Positions 11,046 through 19,609 of a stretch of 64,000 nucleotides of DNA are shown here, in pieces. The DNA lies in assembly GCF_018977255.1 (NCBI RefSeq), contig NW_024704743.1:62932001-62996000 (forward strand). Direction: 5' to 3'. Each line of letters opens with the position of its first letter. Position 1 is the stretch's first letter. Made by a program: the position numbers and the translations under genes. This DNA is from Callorhinchus milii. Its lineage: Eukaryota. Under the pieces are notes generated by a model, which saw only the letters and a list, made by a program, of their open reading frames with translations, did no database searches and was not told where the DNA came from.

Positions 11046-11942
11046 GACATCAAGTCCTGGATGAGAGCTAACTTTCTTCAGTTGAACGTCAACAAGACCG
11101 AGGCCCTACTGATTGTCTCCCGTCAGCGCCTCCTCACCTCAGGCGCTGACAGCATCACCATCCATGGTTGCATAATCCACCTTACTAAACCAGTCCAGAA
11201 CCTTGGGGTCTTGTTTGACCCTCAACTATCCTTTCTACCCCACATCTGTGCCATAACCTGCTCTGCCTTCCTCCACCTCGGCAACATCACTCGGCTCTGC
11301 CACTCTCTCACACCGCAGGCCGCTGATACCCCCATACTTGCTTTCATAACATCCAGTCTCAATTACACAAACTCCTTACTTGTCGGCTTCCCTAACTGCT
11401 CCCTCCATAGGCTGCAGATCATCTAGAACTCTGCAGCCCGTGTCCTCTCCCGCACCAGGCTCCGTGACTGTATCACCTCCATCCTCACCCGAATCCACTG
11501 GCTTCTCATCACACAGAGGATACAGTTCAAAATCCTGTCCTCACTTTGAAAACCCTCCATGGCCTTGCTCCTCTGCAGCCTCCTAATCCCCTACCAACTT
11601 GCCCACTCCCTCCGCTCAGTGGACTCCGGTCTGCTTCACGTCCCCTGCCTCGTCTTCTTCACCATTGGTCGGCGAGCTTTCAGCCACTCTGCCCCTCTGG
11701 AACTCCATCTCAGTCCCTCCACCTCACCCCCTCCCTTGCTTCCTTCAAGACCCATCTTAAGACCTTTCTCTTTGACCTTGCCTTCGATCACCCTCCTTCC
11801 CCCCCTGCTCTCCACTCTCCCCGATCCTGACCCCCAGCTCGGGTCCAAAATACTGATTGTCCAACACCTTGGGATTTCCTCCCAAGGTGAAAGGCACTTT
11901 ACAAATGTAATTTTGCTGTTGTTGTTGTTGTTATTGTTGTTG
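11046..11942 (+). mobile_element. L2 LINE, 5'-truncated, decayed RT C-terminal region
   Basis: SWMRANFLQLNVNKTE, VQNLGVLFDPQLSF, TIGRRAFSH, FKTHLKTFLF; (TTG)n tail. Confidence 0.95.
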
Positions 11943-12744
11943 AGTTAATTGACAATTCCATTAGGTCACAGTAACTACATACATTTTTACTGTAGAGTCA
12001 ATAACGAGAGACGGCTTTATTAGGGAAAATTACCTAATGGGAATTTAGATTTGAACTGCATCAGAGATAACAGTTGCTGATCATTGAGCTATGGGTGTGT
12101 CATGAACATCTATCTTTATTGTAATCAAATGCATGAGAGATTGAAGCACAGTTTACTCCAGCTCACTGCAGTTTTTTTTCTCAAGTCTTCAATGCTCTTG
12201 TAAAATTGTCAGTAAACCTTTCTCTGGTCACAGCTCATGTCATGTTAGGATTACTATTGTGGGAAACATCCTTATGTAATAATATGGAGACACAGTTAAT
12301 TGTAGGGACCTGCCATTCCTTGTGTTCTTAATCTTAAAACCAGTGTCTTAAAACTTAATATGCTGAGTTTTGTAAAATGCTTGAATCTTAGTTTGGAAGC
12401 CAATTCATTGTGATCCTTTTAAACCGGCTTTGATCTTTCTTTCAATTCACTGTAATTACAACAACAACAACAACAACTTGGATTTATATAGCGCCCTCCA
12501 CACCGGACAGATAATTAAATCATGCAATAATGTATCTGTTATTCCATAAATCTTGCCCCATCCAATCTCTGTGATTTGCAGTCCTTCCTACTTCTCAACA
12601 TAATCTCATTGGGAAGGAGGTAAGATTCTTTAGACCGGAGCTGACTCCAAGGTAACGTGCTTGTCAATGGAACTTTGAAATCGAGTTTATTGACTGTATT
12701 TCACAGTCAATAAACTCCCCATCCTCATCCCCATCACTACCCAT

Positions 12745-13238
12745 CCCCCCTCTCCCGCACTAGGCTCTGTGACCCCATCCTTGCCCAACTCTTCTGGCTT
12801 CCCATCACACAGAGGATACAGTTCAACATCCTGGTCCTCATTTTCAAACACTTCCACGGTCTTGCTTCCCCCTACCTCTCTGACCTTCTAACCTCCTACC
12901 ATCCTGCTCACTCCCTCCACTCAGCGGGCTCCGGCCTGCTTCACGTCCCCTGCTTCGCTCGCCCCACTATTGGGGTGCAGGCCTTCCACCACTCTACCCC
13001 CACCCTCTGGAACTCCATCCCACAGTTCCTCAGTCTCGCCCCCTCCCTCGCCAACTTCAAGACCCAGCTCAAGACCCTTCTTTCCAACCGCGCTTTCAAT
13101 CTCCCTGCTTCCCCCTGCCCTCCACCCTCCCGCACCTCGACCCCCAGCTCAGGTCGGCAACTCTATCAGTCCATCGCCTTGGGATGTCCTCCCGACGTGA
13201 AAGGCGCTATACAAATGTAATTTTGTTGTTGTTGTTGT
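12745..13238 (+). mobile_element. Young L2 3' fragment
   Basis: AFHHSTPTLWNSIP..FKTQLKTLL; ttgggatgtcctcccgacgtgaaaggcgctatacaaatgtaattt(tgt)n. Confidence 0.95.
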
Positions 13239-13269
13239 ATTTGTGCTGAACATGGTTCTCTCAAAAAGT

Positions 13270-13398
13270 TATGAATTCGATGAACAATTTTTATCTGGGG
13301 GTTAGCTAGCCAGTACACCAGGAAATTCCCTTTTTGTTTCAAACAATGCTATGGGATCTTTAACATCTAGCTGAAATGAGAGATGGTACCTCAGTTTA
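13270..13398 (-). mobile_element. Deu-domain (SacSINE1-like) SINE fragment
   Basis: aatgctatgggatctttaacatc...cctcagttta is the reverse of the Deu core aagatcccatggcactatt. Confidence 0.6.
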
Positions 13399-13421
13399 TT
13401 AATAATAACAATAATAATAAT

Positions 13422-13600
13422 CCAGCATTAATACCTCTATCACCATAACAATGTAGCTAAATATATCCACTGGACAACCTTTAAACACTTTAATATTGAC
13501 ATAAAAAACATCTGGTATGAACATCAACCAGCAAACTTGACATGAAAAAGTAACATCACAGTAATTTCAGACTCACACGTACATACAGATAGTACAGTTT
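13422..13600 (+). mobile_element. R4/Dong-clade non-LTR retrotransposon fragment, part 1
   Basis: Manual translation YLYHHNNVAKYIHWTTFKHFNIDIKNIWYEHQPANLT*KSNITVISDSHVHTDSTV matches the R4-type RHN..A..IHW...WYEHQP...WD...TD segment before the restriction-like endonuclease. Confidence 0.85.
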
Positions 13601-14183
13601 AAATCATTGATGAGACCATCCTTAGAGTACTGTGTAGAGATCTGGTGGCCGCAGTACAAAAAGGATATTGGAGAAATTGAGAAGGTACAGAGGAGGGGAA
13701 CCAAAATGATTGAGGGAATGGAAAGGCTGGACTACGAAGAGCGACTAAGTGAATTGGGCATGTTCACGCTGGAAAAGAGAAAATTGAGAGGCGACATGAT
13801 TGCTGTCTTTAAGATTCTAAATGGGCAAGACAATATAGATCATAACAGGCTGTTTCGACTTGTCCAGAATAGTAAAACTAGAGGACACGGACCGCAATTG
13901 AAGGGGCGGAAATTCGTAACAAATCTACGTAAACACTATTTCAGTGAGCGAATAGTGAACCTGTGGAACAAGCTCCTGAGGGAGACAATTGCAGGAGGAA
14001 GTGTTGATTCTTTCAAACACAGATTAGATAGATTAGTTTTCTTTTAGGAAATAACATTATGGTATATAGTACATAGGTAGTTTGGGACATATGTGCATGG
14101 ACCACTAGGAAGGTAGAAGGTGAACTAGATGGACCTTGATCTTTTTCCATCTAGCATTTCTTATATTTCTTATGTTCTTATGT
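13601..14183 (+). mobile_element. 5'-truncated CR1 (second subfamily) inserted into the R4/Dong element
   Basis: KSLMRPSLEYCVEIW, LEKRKLRGDMI, TRGH, FSERIVNLWNKL; (ttcttatg)n tail. Confidence 0.95.
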
Positions 14184-14600
14184 AATCTGTAATAAACCAG
14201 ATATCATCATAAAAAAACTAGATTGTACATGAAGTAACATTGATGTGGCCATTCCAAGTGACTACAACATACTCAAAGGAACTAGAGAAGATCAGGATGT
14301 ATATTGACCTACAAATTGAATGCGGACTCCTGTAGCTGTACAAGACAAACATAGTTCATACAATCATTGGTGCAACCGGGGTTGTTAATAAGACAATTCA
14401 GAAATGGCTTTACAAGATACCTTGTGCACAAAATGTTCACTTCCTGCAGAAAGTAGTTGTTTTGGGATGTTCAAATATACTAAAAAGAGTAACATCCATT
14501 CAAGTGTAACGTGGTAATGTTATTGGTCTGACTGACCCATCACTGAAAACCACTTATAAACCACTTCTATGGAGTGATCTAAACTGCAATAAAATAATAG
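14184..14600 (+). mobile_element. R4/Dong-clade fragment, part 2: restriction-like endonuclease domain plus 3'UTR
   Basis: CNKPDIIIKK..IDVAIPSDYNI / ELEKIRMYIDLQIEC..*..IIGATGVV..LQKVVVLGCSNILKRV (PD..D motif, one frameshift, stops); stop at 14507-14509, then TAA-rich end. Confidence 0.85.
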
Positions 14601-14604
14601 TAGT

Positions 14605-14900
14605 ACTTATATTATGGTATAATGTCTTTCACATTAGGAGTTTCATAGGATATCTTATAAAATGCAGTGACTGTGTGTTTTGTGGGTGAATGTGTCATCC
14701 AATTGTGGTCAGCAAGATCCCACAAAAAGCCGTGGAGGTCTCGACAACTGTTCAGGTACTAAAGATCCCATGGTACTATTTGGAAGGATAAGAGTGTTTC
14801 TCCCTGTGTCCTTGCCAACATCCCCCATATAAAATTAGTCATTTATATCTGCTGCATTCACCTAAAAAATAGACATTCACTGTACGTTTCAACAAAACTC
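14605..14900. mobile_element. Two Deu-SINE fragments: minus-strand 3' part (about 14605-14735) and plus-strand core (about 14737-14900)
   Basis: cagcaagatcccacaaa (minus) and aagatcccatggtactatttg (plus). Confidence 0.6.
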
Positions 14901-14956
14901 TGTGAAATATTTTATTATGTTTTCACATAATAGGTCCTAACAATAATTCTTGCATT

Positions 14957-15338
14957 TAATAATAAATAATAATATCCTTGCATTTGATATAGAACCTTAC
15001 CTCGTCTTCGAGACGTCTCAAAGTGCTTCAGAGAATGTACTGTAAAGTGAATTGACTGTATAGTTTGTGGGTGAAACATTGCAGCCAATTGCACACAGCA
15101 GTGTCCCATAAACCATTGTGGGTTGAGTGACCAAATTATTATTTAAAACTTTTTTTTAAGCGATTATTATCCCTGGAAAAGCGATCCCCAATTGACTAAC
15201 AACCAGGTTCCTCCTGCAAGATAAACAGAGGCGTGGGGATTAAGAAAACTTGCTCAAAGTTTCGCCATGCTCAGGAATCAAACCCAGGTCCTCTTGCTTG
15301 AGATGCAAGTTGCTCTAACCACTGAGCTACTGGACTCC
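14957..15338 (-). mobile_element. tRNA-Ala-headed SINE, long subfamily
   Basis: Full reverse-complement copy ending ctctaaccactgagctactggactcc. Confidence 0.9.
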
Positions 15339-15344
15339 ATTTGG

Positions 15345-15690
15345 TACAGTGCTTCTAACTTTGGGAGGACGTCCATAAAGTGGGGTGACTAAGTATTTGT
15401 AAACAAATGCGGCAACCCAATTGTGCACAGCAATGTCCTACAAACAGTCATGAAACAAATGACCAACTTTATTTGGGGGATTTGTTGGCCAGGGTAACAG
15501 GAATAACTCCTTTCAAATAATGCATTGAATCTTTAAAATCCACCTGAACAAGTACCTTAATTTAACACCACCAGAATTGTATTGGAGTATCAATTTAGAC
15601 TATATAAATTCCAGATCCAAATGTGAGGTTTGAACCCACAACCTTCTGACTCAGAGGTGAGAGCGCTACAACTGAACCAACTTGACACTA
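15345..15690 (-). mobile_element. Deu-domain SacSINE1-like SINE
   Basis: tttgaacccacaaccttctgactcagagg head (reverse), Deu core, ttgtgcacagcaatgtcc. Confidence 0.85.
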
Positions 15691-16089
15691 ATATCTTATC
15701 CGAGAAAATATGTACCTTATTTAATGAAGCCGGGTATTGTTTTTTTTATCAGTAACCGTGTTCATGCCTCTATTTGTCTGCATAACATTGACTCTTTTAT
15801 GGCAATATTGTGCAGCATGTAGCATAGGATAACAAATTTACTGCTACGGATTTTGAATGATTCAAGCAATGAAATCAAATCACAGAGGGTTGACAACTCT
15901 GTTGCACAATTATGTACATCCATCTGGGGAATTAGATAAAGGTGTCATGAACCATGGGATTTAGGTCACACCCCACATCACTGATGATCTACCCAGATGA
16001 ACAGATGAAGCATGCAAAATGTACGCATTTTGTGTTGAAGTAGGAAAACGTCAACAGACATGTTAATTTTGTTCTCCCCATCACAAAAC

Positions 16090-16460
16090 TTGAATTTCTA
16101 TGGTGCTTTATCACATTGAGATTTGGAAAACGGTTGGCAGTTTTTTCATAGGAAAATATAGCTGCTTAACAAAAAAGCCCCACAAAGAGCCATAAATTGA
16201 ATGATCAATTTACCTGGAGGAGTATCAGTTAGGGAACTCATGTGACAAATAGTGTCATGAAATCTTTATTGTCCACCTAAACCAAGGCAGATTTGGTTTT
16301 GATTTAATGTCTCATTCACAGGATGATGCCTATGATATGTAGCACCACCCCTTTTGAGGGTCATCTTAGTCTATGGACACCAGACCTGATGTAGGCTTCA
16401 ACACATAACTGTCTACCCCAGAGACGAGAGCACTATCAACTGAGGCAAGCTGACACCCAG
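16090..16460 (-). mobile_element. Degraded Deu-domain SINE
   Basis: aaatagtgtcatgaaatcttta...; ends aactgaggcaagctgacacc. Confidence 0.7.
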
Positions 16461-16509
16461 TGTTTCATTTGGACATTCACATAAAGTCTTTTCAGTTCAG
16501 CTATGCCAA

Positions 16510-16682
16510 TGAATTGTGAATAGAGGGTAATCAATGTCTGGAAAAGTTTGCCAAGAAAGGTAATTGAGGCCAGGACACGAGACTCATTTAAAAAGCCGCT
16601 TGATTCTGAGATGGAGGGGACGGTAGTGTGAGTGTTCTTAGGGATGGGATCAGATGGGCCAAAAGGCTTTCTTCATCCAATT
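16510..16682 (+). mobile_element. Old CR1 3' end
   Basis: RVINVWKSLPRKVIEA..SFKKPLD remnants; gatgggccaaaaggctttcttcatcc. Confidence 0.65.
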
Positions 16683-17045
16683 TCCAACTGCCAAGGCACT
16701 ACGTTTACTGATTGGTTGGTTGATGTCAAAGTTGAAAATGTGGCAACAACCAGAGAGCGAACCATTTAATTTATGCCCTAAATATTTTTTTTTTTAAAAA
16801 TCCAATTTAATGTCTGGCTTCCATTTTTGAAATGTAGTCACTTCCCCATGTGAAGGGGAAAGAAATATGAATGGGTCAATCTAGGTGGTACACTATAACT
16901 AATCATAGTAGCTGATGTAGGAACAATTTTTTTCCAGCTGGGGGTTGGGTGTGGGGTGTGGGGGCGGAGATTTGGGGGTGCAGGTGGCCAAGAAATTATT
17001 TATAGGACCCGATGGAAAAATAAAAACAATACAATGTTTATTTGT

Positions 17046-17370
17046 GGAGTCCTGTAGCTCAGTGGTTAGAGCACTCGCTTTGCAAGTGAGAGACCTGAGT
17101 TCAATTCCAGGCAGAGGGCGAAACCTTGGGCAAGTTTCCTTACTCCACACACCTAATAATAATCCCTCCAAAAAACAAAACAATAATAAAATTGGTCATT
17201 TTCAATCCATGACTGTTTGTGGGACATTGCTGTGCGCAATTGGCTGCTGGTTTGCCCACAAATATACAGTCAATTCACTTTACAGTATATTCTGTGAAGC
17301 CCTTTGGGACGTCCTCCCGACGTGAAAAGCGCTATATCAAATGCAAGGATTATTATTATTATTATTATTA
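17046..17370 (+). mobile_element. tRNA-Ala-headed SINE, short young subfamily with L2-matching tail
   Basis: A box tagctcagtgg, B box gttcaattcc, internal segment absent, tail gggacgtcctcccgacgtgaaaagcgctatatcaaatgcaagga(tta)n. Confidence 0.95.
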
Positions 17371-17469
17371 CTGTTTTAAAATATTATTTTATTACTAATG
17401 TATACACAGTAGTAATAAATTATTCCACATGTGTAACACACAATCTTTTCAGAAGAGTTTGGAACTTAT

Positions 17470-17760
17470 AAAGTGGGGGAGGGCAAACATTGGTTTGTTG
17501 TAGGATCTAATAGTGAGTGAAAGGGTAGACATGTCCTCAGAGGGAAAGTTGTCAGAGTTAATATGGGTGAACATCTGTGATAACATGGGTAGGAAGCTAA
17601 TAATAAGGAACTGCAGCAGACCTCAGGGAAGATCTGTATGCATTTGTCTGACTAGATTAAGGGGTGTCTGAGAATGGGAGAGTTCTAATCATGGAGCCTA
17701 ATTATCTGTGAATTGAAGTGGATACAAAGGATTCACTTTTAGTGCACAAGAACACTTTCA
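17470..17760 (+). mobile_element. Ancient CR1 endonuclease-region fragment
   Basis: Remnants GGG, ELIWVNICDNMGRKLIIRNCSRP and VLIM..NY parallel EMVWVELRNNKGQKTLVGLVYRPP/IVGDFN of the 19.9-kb copy. Confidence 0.45.
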
Positions 17761-17924
17761 TTTATCCGGTGCAGGCACACTTCTTAATACGTTAATACGC
17801 ATGTTAATCAAGGTAGGGAACAGAATACATTCATTATTAATAGTAAATCTAAAGCAAATGGAACTGGGTTGATGAGGACATAGGTACCAGTGAACAATTT
17901 TGATAGATTGGAAAGGCAACAATA

Positions 17925-18150
17925 ATAGTTTTAAAATAGCCGAAGTCTTGTATAGCTTTAAGACCATTGTCTTAAAATTTAAGCCGAAATAAATTTAGAA
18001 AATTCTTAAATTCAGTCTTAATTTGGAATTTTTTTCTGCTGTTCTTTATAAGAAATTAAGACTGAATTAAAAACTTTTCCAAAATCCGAACAATCTTAAA
18101 TTTTAATGCTAAGCATCATGAGAAATTTTAGGACTCCGATTTGAAGATGT
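17925..18150. mobile_element. Palindromic AT-rich MITE-like element
   Basis: cttaaaatttaag...aattcagtcttaattt mirrored by aaattaagactgaatt...cttaaattttaa; related copies at 59868/60660 and 63670. Confidence 0.7.
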
Positions 18151-18174
18151 TGCACCACTCAGTTTATAGACAAC

Positions 18175-18340
18175 AGATATTAAAAATTTATATTTAACAC
18201 CTTTCACGTTGGGAAGACATCCCAAGGCGCTTAAAATCCTAGTTTGGCACCCGAACTGGGGTTGGGAGTCGAGGAGGGTGGGGCGGGAAAGATGACTGAA
18301 AGCATGGTCAAAGAGATAGATCTTGAGATGGACCTAAAAA
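18175..18340 (-). mobile_element. L2 3' tail fragment
   Basis: cctttcacgttgggaagacatcccaaggcgct. Confidence 0.8.
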
Positions 18341-18943
18341 TCCATTTCAATAACATAATTTGGTGTACTTCAAACTATTCTCTTACTGGCCTGTTGACAA
18401 ATACAGGTGTTAAAAATACAATAATAAGAGAATAATAGTGGCAATGTTGGTCAGTCTGCAGTCTCAATCTGCAGTCCCTGTCAGTCTATAGTCTGGGGTC
18501 AGTCTACATCTTCGGACAGTAGGCAGTATCAGGGTAGTTTGCAGTTTGCTTTTCACCCATTTTTTTTAGAAAAAGCATTGCCTCTCTTTACAGTTTGTAT
18601 GTAATGAAGATAAGGACCTCTTACCTTTCCTTACCATTTCTTATTTACGTAAAATCCCAACTTGCATAAGACTAGCATTGCTGCCTGAACTCTACAATGA
18701 GTGATTCAAAGTGAAAGTAAGGCATCATACTAGTGCCTACAGTTCCTTAAGTAACAACACATGACCCATAGTGACACTAAGATCATTTATGTAGCAAGAC
18801 ATTTTTTTGCAAAAAATCTCCATTTAGACAACTTGAGGCATTTTTCTTGTGAATATCTTATTTCTAGAAAAACTTGGAAGGAAGTGATATTAGTTGTTGT
18901 CAGGAGCAGAGGCACGAGAGCGAGGCGCGGAGCCGAGATCTAG

Positions 18944-19460
18944 CAGAGGGGAAACAAGCAGAAAGTTGTAGTAATTGGGGACGAGACTATCAGGCAGACA
19001 GACACACTTATCTGCAGCCACAACCAGGAGACCCAAAGGCTTTGTTGCCTTCCTGGGGCCGGGATGAACGATGTCTCGGCAGGACTGGAGGAGAATCTAA
19101 AATATGAGTTTGAGGATCCATTGATGGTACTTCACATAGGTACCAATGACATAGGTAGGGTTAGTTGTGATGATTTGAGGAGGGAGTTCAAGGAGCTGGG
19201 AACTAAATTAAAACAAAGAACATCAAAGGTAGTGATATCAGGATTTCTGCCTTTGACATGTGCAAATTGGTACAGGAATAAGCAAATTAGAGAGTTAAAT
19301 GCATGGCTGAGAGAGTGGTGCGGAAAGCAGGGGTTTCATTTTATGGGCCACTGGCACCAGTATATTGGGGGGACAGGGGTCTATTTCAAAAAGATGGGCT
19401 CCACTTAAATCGGGCTGGGTCAAATGTCCTAACAAACCGAATACATAGGGAGGTAAATAG
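18944..19460 (+). pseudogene. CR1 ORF1p SGNH/GDSL-esterase domain, frameshifted
   Basis: KVVVIGDETIR..CCLPGA..VLHIGTNDIG..VVISGFLP..LNAWLREWC; after a frameshift near 19370, FQKDGLHLN. Confidence 0.9.
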
Positions 19461-19609
19461 GGGGGGGGGGATACAATTAGAAATAATCGCAAGCCAGCAA
19501 TATTAAAAAAACTAAAGGTGGCAGAACAAAATAGCGAGGGAGATAAACAGAATAGGTCAAAGAGGGGTAAGAAGCTCAGTAAAGAAGATAGAGAATCAGA
19601 GAGTAGGGG

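Noticed and set aside
16945..17325. Recurring ORFs such as [12 protein letters not shown] and [14 protein letters not shown]
   Set aside because: Incidental translations of the SINE body repeated throughout the window
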